Positions 26,187 through 39,100 of a DNA stretch of 64,000 bases are shown here, piece after piece. The position numbers and the translations under genes are program-made. Position 1 is the stretch's first letter. Every line of letters starts with the position of its first letter. The DNA comes from Mobula hypostoma. Taxonomy: Eukaryota. The stretch spans positions 8,122,001 to 8,186,000 of the forward strand of contig NC_086098.1 in the NCBI RefSeq assembly GCF_963921235.1, given 5' to 3'. Below the pieces are notes generated by a model, which was given only the letters and a program-made list of their open reading frames with translations, was not told the DNA's origin and ran no database searches.

Positions 26187-27677
26187 GGCCAGATGGTCTG
26201 CATCCCAGAGTGCTTAGGGAAGTAGCCCAAGAAATAGTGGATGCATTTGTGATAATTTTTCAAAACTCTTTAGATTCTGGACTCGTTCCTGAGGATTGGA
26301 GGGTGGCTAATGTGACTCCACTTTTTAAAAACGGAAGGAGAGAGAAACTGGAGAATTATAGACCGGTTAGCCAAACATCGGTGGTGGGGAAAATGCTAGA
26401 GTCAGTTATCAAAGATGTGATAACAGCACATTTGGAAAGTGGTGAAATCATCGGACAAAGTCAGCATGGATTTGTGATAGGAAAATCATGTCCGACGAAT
26501 CTCATAGAGTTTTGTGAGGATGTAACTAGTAGAGTGGATAGGGGAGAACCAGTGGATGTGCTATATTTGGATTTTCAGAAGGCTTTTGACAAGGTCCCAC
26601 ACAGGAGATTAGTGTGCAAACTTAAAGCACATGGTATTGATGTGGATAGAGAATTGGTTGGCAGACAGGAAGCAACGAGTGGGAATAAATGGGACCTTTT
26701 CAGAGTGGCAGGCAGTGACTAGTGGGGTACTGTAGGCTCAGTGCTGGGACCCCACTTTTTACAATATATATAAATGACTTAGACGAGGGAATTAAATGCA
26801 GCATCTCCAAGTTTGCGGACGACACAAAGCTGGGCGGCAGGGTTAGCTGTGAAGAGGATGGTAAGAGGATGCAGGGTGACTTGGATAGGTTAGGTGAGTG
26901 GGCAGATTCATGGCAGATGCAATTTAACGTGGATAAATGTGAGGTTATCCACTTTGGTGGCAAAAACAGGAAAACAGATTATTATCTGAATGGTAGCCAA
27001 TTAGGAAAAGGGGAGGTGCAATGAGACCTGAGTGTCATTATACACCAGTCATTGAAAGTGGGCATGCAGGTATAGCAGGCGGTGAAAAAGGTGAATGGTA
27101 TGCTGGCATTCATAGCAAGAGGATTCAAGTACAGGAGCAGGGAGGTACTACTGCAGTTGTACAAGGCCTTGGTGAGACCACACCTGGAATATTGCGTGCA
27201 GCTCTGGTCCCCTAATCTGAGGAAAGACATTCTTGCCATAGAGGGAGTACAAAGAAGGTTCACCAGATTGATTCCTGGGATGGCAGGATTTTCATATGAT
27301 GAAAGACTGGATCGACTAGGCTTATACTCACTGGAATTTAGAAGATTGAGGGGGGATCTTATTGAAACATATAAAATTCTAAAGGGATTGCACAGGCTAG
27401 ATGCAGGAAAATTGTTCCCGATGTTGGGAAAAACTTCTTCACACAGAGAGTGGTGAATCTGTGGAATTCTCTGCCACAGGAAACAGTTGAGGCCAGTTCA
27501 TTGGTTATATTTAAGAGGGAGTTAGATATGGCCCTTGTGGCTAAAGGGATCAGGGGGTATGGAGAGAAGGCAGGTACAGGGTTCTGAGTTGGATGATCAG
27601 CCATGATCATACTGAATGGCGGTGCAGGCTCGAAGGGCCAAATGGCCTACTCCTGCACCTATTATCTATGTTTCTAT
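26187..27677 (+). mobile_element. 5'-truncated CR1, older relative of the young family, TSD GAAAG
   Basis: High similarity to 37855-39429; GAAAG at 26182-26186 and 27678-27682. Confidence 0.93.
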
Positions 27678-27779
27678 GAAAGTTAAAATCACTTACAATA
27701 TCACTTCAACCATAACTGCTGGTACAGAACATAGTAAAAATGAGACAACGTTTTCCAGGACCATGGTAGAAGGAATAAA

Positions 27780-28510
27780 GGTGTGTTTTATTTTCTAAAT
27801 GAGGAGAAAATACAAAAATCAGAGGTGCAAAGGGACTGGTACAGGATTCCCTGGAGATTAACTTGCAGGTTGACACTGATAAGGAAGACAAATACAATGT
27901 ATAGCATTCATTTTGAGTGGACAGGAATATAAGATGTGATGCTGAGGCTTTATAAGGCACTGGTCAGACCGCACTTAGTATATTGTAAGCAGTTTTGGGT
28001 CCCCTAACTAATAAAAGATCTACTGGCACTGGAGAGGATCCAGAGGAGGTTCACAAGAACGATTCCTGAAATGAAAGTTTAACATATGAGTGTGTGTTGG
28101 CTCCGGGCCTGTACCCGCTGGACTTTAGAAGAATTAGCGGGGGATCTCACTGATACCTATTGAATATTGAAAGGCCTAGACATAGTGGATGTGGAGAGGA
28201 TGTTTTCAATAGTGGGTGAGTCTAGGACCAGTTGGGCACAGCCTCAGAATAGAGCTGAGAAGGAATTTCTTTAGCCAGAGGGTTGTGAATCTTAGGGATT
28301 CTTTGCCACGGGCAGCTATGGAGGCCACATCATTGAATATACATTTAAAGCAGAGGTTGATAGATTATTAGTTAGTCAGGGCTTGGAAAGTTATGGAGAG
28401 AAGGCAGGAGAATGAGGTTGAGAAGGACAATAAATCAGCCATTAAGGAATGGTGAAGCATACTCGAAGGGCTGGATAGCCTAATTCTGCTCCTATGTCTT
28501 ATGGTCTTAT
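27780..28510 (+). mobile_element. Decayed CR1 3' part
   Basis: Degenerate LRLYKALVRPHL and (TCTTATGG)-like tail. Confidence 0.85.
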
Positions 28511-28795
28511 TAGCTTTATTTGTCACATGAACATTGAAACATCAGAACACACAGTGAGATGTATTGTTTGTGTCAACAACCAACACAATCTGAACAGATG
28601 CTGGAAGAGATCCACAAGTGTGGCCTTGTTCTCTGAGCCAACAAGGCAGGCCCACAATGCACTAACCTTTTGGAGCACCTCGAGGGACCCCATGTGGTCA
28701 TGGGGAGAACATGCAAACTCCTTACAGACAGCAGCGGTGGGAATTGAGCCTCAATCTTACAGGTGATGCTGTAAAGCATTGCACGAACCAAGATG
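28510..28795 (-). mobile_element. V-SINE-like tRNA SINE with Rex-type tail
   Basis: Minus strand TGTCTGTAAGGAGTTTGCATGTTCTCCCC (V domain); tail ATGTGACAAATAAAGCTAA. Confidence 0.7.
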
Positions 28796-29329
28796 CCCCA
28801 TCCATAGGATGCTTACTTGATTTCGTTGACCAGCAGCTCAAAACACTTCCCTAATTCATGCTTGTAGGTCATTCCACAGGAATGGAAGAAGATTTGACAT
28901 CCAGCCTGGGAAGATTTGACAGTATTGAACTTTAGAGCAGTGCTTGAGAAAACAGGCCAACAATTATGTATTTGGCATGTTATGGATCTTTAGAAGATAT
29001 GTGTGTACGACTTTCAGATTGATATGGATTTTTAAAATGTTTTCATTCTTTGTGTTTAGGGATATCGGAAAAGAATTGGAGAGGACCTGGAGCTAAGTGG
29101 CCCTCTGAGCAATCACTCTGCAGTTTGCTGTGAACTCTGCATCAGTGATCCATCACACGTAGCACCAAGTAATGGGTTTTATGGGTCAATACTATGTTGA
29201 GCATCACTTCATGGAGATCGTCAGGATCAGAATCAGTGGCAAACAGTGTGTTGTGAGATGTGTTGTTTTATGGCAAGGGTACAGTGCAAGACATAAAATT
29301 TGCTCTAATTTAGATAGAACAAAGAATGT

Positions 29330-29975
29330 GGAGTCATAGTAAACTGCAGAACAGAAACAGGGGCTTTGGCCATCCAGTCTTTGCTGAACCATTCAAACTG
29401 CCTAGTGCCATCCATGTGCACCCAGACCATAACCCTCCATACGCGCCCCCCCCATCCATGTACTTACCCAAACTTCTCTTGAATGTTGAAATTGGAATAG
29501 ATTCCACCACTTGCACTGGCAGCTCGTTCTACACTCCCACGACTATCTGAGTGAAGAAGATTCCCCTGTTGTTCCCCTTAAACTATTCACCTTTCACCCT
29601 TAACCTCCCACCCAACCTCAATGGAAAAATGCCTGCTTGCATTTACCCTATCTATTCCTCTCATAATTTTGTATACCTCTATCAAATCTCCCCTCAATCA
29701 TCAACATTCCAGGGAATAAATTTCTAAACTACTCAATCTTTCCTTATAACTCAGGTCCTCCAGCCCCTGCAACATCTTTGTAAACTTTTTCTGTACTCCT
29801 TCACCCGTATTTACATCTTTGCAGTGGGTAGGTGACCAAAACTGCTCACAATACTCTAAACTCGGCCTCACCAGTGTCTTAAACAACTTCAACATAGCAT
29901 CCCAGCTCCTGTGCTCGATACATTTATCTAAGAAGACCCATGTGCCAAAAGCTTTCTTTAAGACTATCTACCTGT
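29330..29975 (-). mobile_element. CR1 3' fragment
   Basis: ORF 29701-29895 contains LVRPSLEYCEQFWSP. Confidence 0.88.
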
Positions 29976-30099
29976 AACAAATTAGAACACTACAGGGCTT
30001 TTGGCTCACAATGTTGTGCCAACCTTTTAACCTACTCGAAGATCAATTTAACCTCCATAGCCCTTTACTTCTCTAGTCCTCTAGTCCTCTATCATTCAT

Positions 30100-30580
30100 G
30101 TGCCTATAAGAAATACAATGAGTAAACAGACCAAAAGACGAAGCCTGAGGTGGTTTTCATAGGTTCCTGGGCCGTTGAGAAAGCTGATGACTGTACCCAA
30201 AACATTGAGTAGGGGTCCCAAGCTCCTGTATCTCCTCCTTGATGGTAGCAATGAGAAGGGGGTGGGATGGTGAGAGTTCTTAATGATGGATGCCACCTTC
30301 TTGAGGCACTGCCTATTGAAGATGCCCTTGATAGTGGTGAACATTGTGGCCATGGCAGAGCTGGCTGAGAAAACAAACCTTTGCAGCCACTTTCAACCCT
30401 GCAATTTGGAGCTTCCATACTAGTCAGAAAGCTCTCCATCGTGCATCTGTAGAAATTTGCGTGAAAGTTACTACGAGTTACAAATTTTTAAAATAGTGCA
30501 AACAGCGAATAAGGTCGTGTTCATAGATTCATGGACTGTAGAGAAATCAGATAATGGAGACAAGAAGCTTTTCTAAATAT
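30100..30580 (-). mobile_element. Rex1 3' remnants
   Basis: QCLKKVASIIKNSHHP..FSLLPSRRRYRSL. Confidence 0.8.
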
Positions 30581-30954
30581 TGAATGTAAGATTGGAAGAG
30601 CGGGGAAAGCAGGCATGAGGGCTGAATGCCAACTCTGTTCTTATTTTCTATGTTGTTATGCAATCAGAGAGGTTGCTCTTCCAACTAAACTGGCTTGAGA
30701 TGTTTAGAGGACCTGAACGAGGTAGCATGGTGACCATAGTTTTGATGAAAAATTTTCTAATGTTGCTTAAGCTAACTGATTCACAAATGTCTTGATGTTG
30801 AGGAAGATTGCGCCCATGTTGAAGCTGTTTGATTCTGTAATCTTCTGCAGCCACTTTCAATCCTGTGCATTGGAGGCAATGTAGCAGGAAGTGATGCAAT
30901 GAGTCAGTATGCCCACCATTGTATATCTGTAGACATTTGTTAATCCCTTCAATA

Positions 30955-32310
30955 AACATAGAAACATAGAAACACAGAAAGCCTACAGCACACTACAGCC
31001 CATAATGCTGTGCCGAACATGTACTTACTTTAAAAATTACCTAGGGTTACCCAGAGCCCAATATTTTCGTAAACTCATGTACCTATACAGGAGTCTCTTA
31101 AAAGACCCAATCGTATGTGCCTCCACAACCATTGCTGGCAGCCCATTCCACGCACTCACCACTCTCTACGTAAAAAACTTCTCCACTGTACCAACTTCCA
31201 AGCACCTTAAAACTGTGCCCACTCGTGTTAGACATTTCAGCCCTGGGAAAAAGCCTCTGACTATCCACACGATCAATGCCCCTCATCATCTTATACACCT
31301 TTACCAGGTCACCTCTCAGCCTCTGCCGCTCCAAGGAGAAAAGGCCGAGTACACTCAATCTATTCTCATAAGGCATGCTCCCCAACCCTGGCAACATCTT
31401 GAAAATCTCCTCTGCATCCTTTCCATGGTTTCCATATCCTTCCTGTAGTGAGGTGACCAGAACTGAGCACAGTGCTCCAAGTGGGGTCCGAACAGGGTCC
31501 TATATAGCTGCAACATTACCTCCCGGCTCTTGAACTCAATCCCAGGGTTGATGAAGGTCATTGTACCGTATGCCTTCTTAACCACAGAGTCAACCTGCAC
31601 AGCAGCTTTGAGTGTCCTATGGACTCACACCCTAAGATCCCTCTGATCTTTCACACTGCCAAGACTCTCAGGATCTTTTCCATCAACTTACCAACCACTG
31701 AAGTAAGACTCACTGGTCTATAATTTCCTGGACTATCCTTACTCCCTTTCTTGACTAAGGGAACAACATCTGCAACCCTCTAATCCTCTAGAACCTCTCC
31801 CATCCCCATTGATGATGCAAAGGTCAGTGCCAGAGCCTCAGCAATCTCCTCCTCGCTTCCCACAGTAGCCTGGGGTACATCTCATCCATCCCGGAGACTT
31901 ATCCAACTTGATGTTATCCAATAGTTTCAGCACATCCCTTTTCTTAATGTCCATATGCTCAAGCTTTTCAATCCGCTGTAAGTCATCCCTACAATCGCCA
32001 AGATCCTTTTCCATAGTGAATACTGAAGCAAAGTATTCATTAAATACTTCTGCTATCTCCTCCAGTTCCATACACACTTTTGCACTGTCACGCTTGATTG
32101 GTCCTATTCTCTCACATCTTATCCTCTTGCTCTTCACATACTTGTAGAATGCCTTGGGGTTTTCCTTAATCCTGCCCGCCAAGGCCTTCTCATGGCCCCT
32201 TCTGGCTCTCCTAATTTCCTTCTTAAACTCCTTCCTGCGAGTCTTATAATCTTCTAGATCTCTATCATTACCTAGTTTTTTGAATATTTCGTAAGCTTTT
32301 CTTTTGTATT
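30955..32310 (-). mobile_element. CR1 with internal deletions
   Basis: (CATAGAAA)n tail; ORFs 31098-31397, 31355-31600 and 31838-32317 (KENPKAFYKYVKSK). Confidence 0.92.
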
Positions 32311-32629
32311 TGCACAATTTGTTGTCTATTGAACACTGGTCGCCCTGCTGGGTGCAGTCTTTAATTGATCTATAATTATATATTACCTGCTCTATACAGC
32401 TCTTTTTAAACTCTTACCACCGGTCTAATTCGCAGACGTCCACACGCTTGCGCAGTCGTTCCTTGATCAAAGAAAAAATGGTCGCCTTTTATACTCCTCC
32501 TGCTGGTCTAACTCACTGACATCCATGTGCCTGCACAGTCGTTCCTTTTGATATTCTAACTGTCCTACCTTGAACAAGCAGAAGCACCCGCGTAGACGCT
32601 CCTCCCCCCACGCCCACCCCCGGCCCTGG

Positions 32630-32925
32630 ATCAGGGTCACATGAAGCCAAGGGAGCAGGTAGTGGATGGTTGTTTGAGTAGCTGGTGCACATCACAAATT
32701 TTGGTTCTGCGATCACTGATGCCAGGCAGACAATCTCTGACAATTATTGGTAATGGCTGGGGTCACCCGTCTTGTGAAGACAATGCCCAGAAGAACGTAA
32801 TAGCAAATCTGCTATTTTGTTGATACAATAGCAATTCTATTGAAAAACTTGCCAAGAGCAGTCATGGTCAAGGCCAAGAACAACCATGATCATCCACATT
32901 TAATGACACGGCTCAAAATGAACAA
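32630..32925 (+). mobile_element. RTE-type SINE (family copy 2)
   Basis: Homologous to 44153-44516. Confidence 0.7.
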
Positions 32926-33009
32926 ACTGCTGCTCAATTATCTGCTCAATAAATTTGTCCAACCTCTGCAATATCATATTCTTCCCGAAGAATACTATTA
33001 AGTGTTTCC

Positions 33010-33365
33010 TATTCAAAGTAAATTTATTATCAAATATATGTCACCATATGCAACCCTATGATTTGTTTTCTTACAGTTACGTTCAGTAAATCTAATGATC
33101 ATAATAGAATCAATTAAAGACCGCACCCAACAGGGTGGGTGACCAGTGTTCAAAAGACAACAAACTGTGTAAATACAAAAAAAATAAAACTAATAATAAA
33201 TAGATAAGAAATAATTATTCAGAACATGAGATGAAGAGTCCTTGAAAGTGAGTCCAGTTCAGTGATGGAACAAGTGAAGTTCTGTTCGTAAACTGGTTGT
33301 GTGAGTCCTAAGGCTCCTGTACCTTCTTCCTGATGGCAGCAGTGAGAAAACAGCATGACCTGGGT
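33010..33365 (-). mobile_element. Rex 3' UTR remnant
   Basis: TTCAAAGTAAATTTATTATCAAA is the reverse of the Rex tail. Confidence 0.7.
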
Positions 33366-33868
33366 AGTCAACAACTCTTATCTTGTTACACCTGCAATAA
33401 CATTAGGCACTGTTTGGCCCTCGGGGAGTTCACACTCACTTTTTTGAAGCATTTGAAGAATCTGAAAGAAAAACAAAACTTTCCATTAGAAAAACCACAA
33501 AACCAAAGTGTTGCTTCAATAATGTTTTCCAGATCCAGAAAAACAATTTTGTATTAAGAAATAAAAAGCATTTTCCCAGAAAATAAAAAAAAATAGTCTG
33601 CCTTCGGATGGAGATGTTGACAAGTTCTGCTCCAGGGAACTGAGCACATCTCAGAGGGAGTGCACACAAAGACCTCATCTGGACTCTCAGGTGAGATTTG
33701 TTCATCACAATAATTACAAATCACATTATCTCATTATTTATCTGAATGCAGTTTCTGGAATGTGACTGCACACAGGATATAGTTGTGCCATTTTGTAAGA
33801 TTATAGCGGTCATTTTTGTTAGCTGTGAAGTGCTTTGGTGTATACAATGCTCATAAAAGATGCATATG

Positions 33869-34775
33869 CACTCAGTAGCCGGTTTATTAGGTACGCATGT
33901 ACACCTGCTCGTTAATGCAAATATCCCATTCGCAGATCATGTGGCAGCAACTCGATGCATAAAAGCATGCAGACACGGTCAAGAGGTTCAGTTGTTGTTC
34001 AGATCAAACATAAGAATAGGAAAGAAATGTGACCTAAGTGACTTTGACCATAGAATGATCTTTGGTGCCAGATGAGGTAGTTTGAGTATCTCAGAAACTG
34101 CTCATCTCCTGAGATTTTCACGCACAATAGTCTCTGGAGTTTACAGTAACTTGTGCGAGAAACAAAAAAAAAAATCCTGTGAGTAGCAGTTCTGTTGGTG
34201 AAAATGCCTTGTTGTTTGGAAAGGAGACACAAAATAATCTGCAGATGCTGGGGTCAAATCAACACTCACAACACGCTGGAGGAACTCAGCAGGTCGGGCA
34301 GCATCCGTGGAAAAGATCGGTCGACGTTCCGGCCCGGAACCCTTCGTCGACTGATCTTTTCCATGGATGCTGCCCGACCTGCTGAGTTCCTCCAGCATGT
34401 TGTGAGTGTTTGTTTGGAAAGGAGAATGGCCAGACTGTTTCAAGCTGACAGGAAGGTGACAGTAACTCAAATAACCACATGTTACAACAGTGGTGTGCAG
34501 AAGGGCATCTCTGAATGCACAACATGTTGAACCTTGAAGTGAATGGGATGCAGCAGCCGAAGACTACCAACATCCCAGTTGTGCTGTGTTTCATTGATTC
34601 TGTTATAGTTATTATTTTATAGACGTATTGAGTATGTACGTAACAAAGTGAATCCAAGGGTTCTATATGGCTATTTATATGTAATTTGAGAATAAATTTA
34701 CTTTGAACTTTGAACATACACACAGTAGTCACTTTATTAGGCATAGGAGCGACCTTATAAAGTGGCCACCAAGTG
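33869..34775 (+). mobile_element. Non-autonomous Tc1-like transposon, both ends present, with nested insertions
   Basis: Left TIR CACTCAGTAGCCGGTTTATTAGG, right ATAAAGTGGCCACCAAGTG; GKKCDLSDFDHRMIFGAR remnant. Confidence 0.85.
34228..34410. mobile_element. Penelope-derived hairpin element with 15-bp TSD
   Basis: 66-bp inverted arms (34261-34326 and 34345-34410, 3 mismatches); TGTTTGGAAAGGAGA at 34213-34227 and 34411-34425. Confidence 0.88.
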
Positions 34776-35469
34776 TGTAAATACAGGCAGATTCTTTAAC
34801 AACAGGGTTACAGAGCACAGTACGGAAATAAGCACAGTCAAAATCCCCAAACAAAATATAAAAGTGCTTGAGTTCTTTCTGAGGCTCCAGTTCCAATTGA
34901 TGTGACATAAAAAGCAAAAATAAAACCTGACATAAGTGCAACTAAACCAAGCTGGAAGCTCATTTGGGTGTGTTTCCATGTTACTCAGGACATAACATGG
35001 ATGCAAACACTTCAGTTCACTCATTACCAAGTTATTGAAACAATGCAGCTCAGTATTCAGTCAAAGCCAGTTAGTCAACCCACCCGCTGGTGCACAGGAT
35101 CACTGATAGAGTCAATACAGGTAATAGAAGTCAGTGCAAAAAACAACACATCAGGCAACATTTGAAGAGAGAATAATTAGAGAGTCCATGTCGAGCTGAT
35201 ATGTGCTCTTTCCGACTTTTTACCAATTAAAGAAAATTTGATTAATTCCTAACGGCTATATCTGGAATTTTGGCATTCCTGTTGCTGCTTTCTCTCCAAA
35301 GTACGATTGAGACTAGGATTAGTTTTATTTGTCACATGTACATTGAAACATCAAAACACCCAATGAAACACGCTGATGGTGTGGTGTCATTGTTTTATTT
35401 TGTGATCTGCTGGGCAAGTGTCTCATAAAATTATAAGTGATGTAATAAGGCAGAGGTTAAGGCTAGAAT

Positions 35470-36150
35470 TAAAGGTTAAAAGTTGAGGGTGAAAGGTGAA
35501 ATATTTAAGGGGAACATGAGGAGGGAGCTTCTTCACTCAGAGGGTGGTGAGAATGTGGAACGAGCTGCCAGCAGCACTGATAGATGCAGGTTTGATTCTA
35601 ACACTTCAGAGATTTTTGAATAGGTACAGGGATGGGAGGAGGAGGGAGGGCTATGGTCCTGGTGCAGGTTGATGGGGCCAGGCAGAATAACATTTTAGCA
35701 TGGACTAGATGGGCCACAGGACCTATTTCTGAGCTGTAGTCTTCCATAACTCTGAGAAGATTAGCAGGATACTGTCTGGATTAGATGGTATTAGTTATAA
35801 AGAGATGTTAGAAAAAAAACTTTGATTATTATTTTGGGAGCATTAGAGGCTGAGAGGAAATGTTTACCTGACAAAAGTTCATAAAATTAAGAGAGGCTTA
35901 GGGTGGAGTAATTTCCTGTGCAGAAAAGTCAAATACCAGAAAGCATAGGTTTAAGGTGGGGGAGAGGAAAGTTTAAAGGGGAAGTCCATCGTATATTTTT
36001 ATGCAGAGCATGACAGGTGCCTGGAACAGGCTGGAATTAGTCACAATAGAGACGCATCCAGAACATTGCATGCAGTTCTGGTCACCTAACTATAGGAAGG
36101 AAGAGGGTGGAGATGAGTTTTACCAGATGTTGCCTGAATTAGAGGACATA
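35470..36150 (+). mobile_element. Cluster of old CR1 3' fragments
   Basis: TTCTTCACTCAGAGGGTGGTGAGAATGTGGAACGAGCTGCCA; CAGTTCTGGTCACCTAACTATAGGAAGG. Confidence 0.75.
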
Positions 36151-39100
36151 AGGCCATAAGTCAGAGGAGCAGAATTAGGCCATCTCACCCATCGAGTCTG
36201 CTCCACCATTCAATCATGGCTGATCCTTTCTCTTCTCCTCCTCAACCCCAGTTCCCGGCCTTCTCACTGTAACTTTTGATGCCATGTCCAATCAAGAACC
36301 TATCAGTCTTTGCCTTATATACACCCAACTACCTGACCTCCACAGCTGCATGTGGCAAACAATTCCACAAATTCACCACCCTTTGGCTAAAGAAATTTCT
36401 CTGCACCTCTGTTTTGAAAGGGCGCCCCTCCATCTTGAGGCTGTGCCCTCTTGTCCTAAACTCTCCCACCATGGGAAACATCCTTTCCGCATCTACACTG
36501 TCTAATCCCTTCAACACTCAAAAGGATTCAACACTCAAAAGGATTCCAGTGAGTACAGACCCAGAGCCATCAAACATTCCTCGTATGACAGCGCTTTCGT
36601 TCCTGGAATCATCTTTGTGAACCTCCTCTGGGCTCTCTCTAATGCCAGCCCATCTTTTCTACAATGAGGGAGCCAAACGTTTTCACAATACTCAAGGTGA
36701 GGCCTCATCAGTGCCTTATAAAGCCTCAGCATCACATCCCTGCTCTTGTATTCTAGACCTCTTGAAATGAATGCTAACATGGCATTTACCTTCCTCACCA
36801 CCGACTCGACCTGCAAGTTAACCTTTAAGGCATACTCTGCAAGGACTCCCAAGTCCTTCTACATCTCAGATTCCTGGATTTTCTCCCCATTTAGAAAAAT
36901 ACTCCACACATTTATTTATACTACCAACGTGCACGACCATGCATTTTCCAACATTGTATTTTATTTGCCACTTTCTTGACCATTTTCCTAATCAGTCTAA
37001 GTCCTTCCGCATCCTTCCTGTTTCCTCAACACTACCTGCCCCTCCACCAATCTTTGTATCATCTGCAGACTTGGCAACAAAGCCATCTATTCCATCATCT
37101 AAATTTATATACAGCATAAAATGAAGCGGTACCAACACCGACCCCTGCGGAACACCACTAGTCACTGGCAGCCAACCAGAAAAGGATCCTTTTATTCCCA
37201 CTCACTGCCTCCTACCAATCAGCCAATGTTCTAACCATGTTAGTAGTTTTCCTGAAATACCATAGGCTCTTATCTTGGTAAGCAGCCTCATGTGTGGCAC
37301 CTTGTCAAAGGCTTTCTGCAAGTCCAAATATACAACATCCACTACATCCCTTTTATTTGGCAAAAGAATAAATCAAGGAAGGTAGTGCACCCGTGGCTGA
37401 CAAGAGAAATTAGGGATAGTATCAATTCCAAAGAAGTAGCATACAAATTAGCCAGAGAAAGTGGCTCACCTGAGGACTGGGAGAAATTCAGAGTTCAGCA
37501 GAGGAGGACAAAGGGCTTAATTAGGAAGGGGAAAAAAGATTATGAGAGAAAACTGGCAGAGAACATAAAAACGGACTGTAAAAGCTTTTATAGATATGTA
37601 AAAAGGAAAAGACTGATAAAGACAAATGTAGGTCCCCTGCAAACAGAAACAGATGAATTGATTATGGGGAGCAAGGACATGGCAGACCAATTGAATAATT
37701 ACTTTGGTTCTGTCTTCACTAAGGAGGACATAAATAATCTTCCAGAAATAGTAAGGGACAGAGGGTCCAGTGAGATGGAGGAACTGAGCGAAATACATGT
37801 TAGTAGGGAAGTGGTGTTAGGTAAATTGAAGGGATTGAAGGCAGATAAATCCCCAGGGCCAGATGGTCTGCATCCCAGAGTGCTTAAGGAAGTGGCCCAA
37901 GAAATAGTGGATGCATTAGTGATAATTTTTCAAAACTCGTTAGATTCTGGACTAGTTCCTGAGGATTGGAGGGTGGCTAATGTAACCCCACTTTTTAAAA
38001 AAGGAGGGAGAGAGAAACCGGGGAATTATAGGCCGGTTAGCCTAACGTCGGTGGTGGGGAAACTGCTGGAGTCAGTTATCAAGGATGTGATAACAGCACA
38101 TTTGGAAAGCGGTGAAATGATCGGACAAAGTCAGCATGGATTTGTGAAAGGAAAATCATGTCTGACGAATCTCATAGAATTTTTTGAGGATGTAACTAGT
38201 AGAGTGGATAGGGGAGAACCAGTGGATGTGGTATATTTGGATTTTCAAAAGGCTTTTGACAAGGTCCCACATAGGAGATTAGTGTGCAAACTTAAAGCAC
38301 ACGGTATTGGGGGTAAGGTATTGGTGTGGGTGGAGAATTGGTTAGCAGACAGGAAGCAAAGAGTGGGAATAAACGGGACCTTTTCAGAATGGCAGGCGGT
38401 GACTAGTGGGGTACCGCAAGGCTCAGTGCTGGGACCCCAGTTGTTTACAATATATATTAATGACTTGGATGAGGGAATTAAATGCAGCATCTCCAAGTTT
38501 GCGGATGACACGAAGCTGGGTGGCAGTGTTAGCAGTGAGGAGGATGCTAAGAGGATGCAGGGTGACTTGGATAGGTTGGGTGAGTGGGCAAACTCATGGC
38601 AGATGCAATTTAATGTGGATAAATGTGAAGTTATCCACTTTGGTGGCAAAAATAGGAAAACAGATTATTATCTGAATGGTGGCCGATTAGGAAAAGGGGA
38701 GGTGCAAGGAGACCTGGGTGTCATTATACACCAGTCATTGAAAGTGGGCATGCAGGTACAGCAGGCGGTGAAAAAGGCGAACGGTATGCTGGCATTTATA
38801 GCGAGAGGATTCGAGTACAGGAGCAGGGAGGTACTACTGCAGTTGTACAAGGCCTTGGTGAGACCACACCTGGAGTATTGTGTGCAGTTTTGGTCCCCTA
38901 ATCTGAGGAAAGACATCTTTGCCATAGAGGGAGTACAAAGAAGGTTCACCAGATTGATTCCTGGGATGGCAGGTCTTTCATATGAAGAAAGACTGGATGA
39001 ACTGGGCTTGTACTCGTTGGAATTTAGAAGATTGAGGGGGGATCTGATTGAAACGTATAAGATCCTAAAGGGATTGGACAGGCTAGATGCAGGAAGATTG

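Larger units (their letters stand above)
22590..27715 (-). mobile_element. Old CR1 host element split by Rex1 (23120-24353) and a younger CR1 (26187-27677)
   Basis: Reverse-strand CR1 motifs (SQRVVVEGCLSDWRPV, GEHLACSDHNAI); host sequence resumes after each insertion. Confidence 0.85.

Noticed and set aside
34969..35010. Small hairpin GTGTTTCCATGTTA...TAACATGGATGCAAACAC as a pre-miRNA
   Set aside because: Stem is short and bulged; no recognisable miRNA.
36500..36547. Tandem TTCAACACTCAAAAGGA duplication
   Set aside because: Local slippage scar inside a dead CR1.
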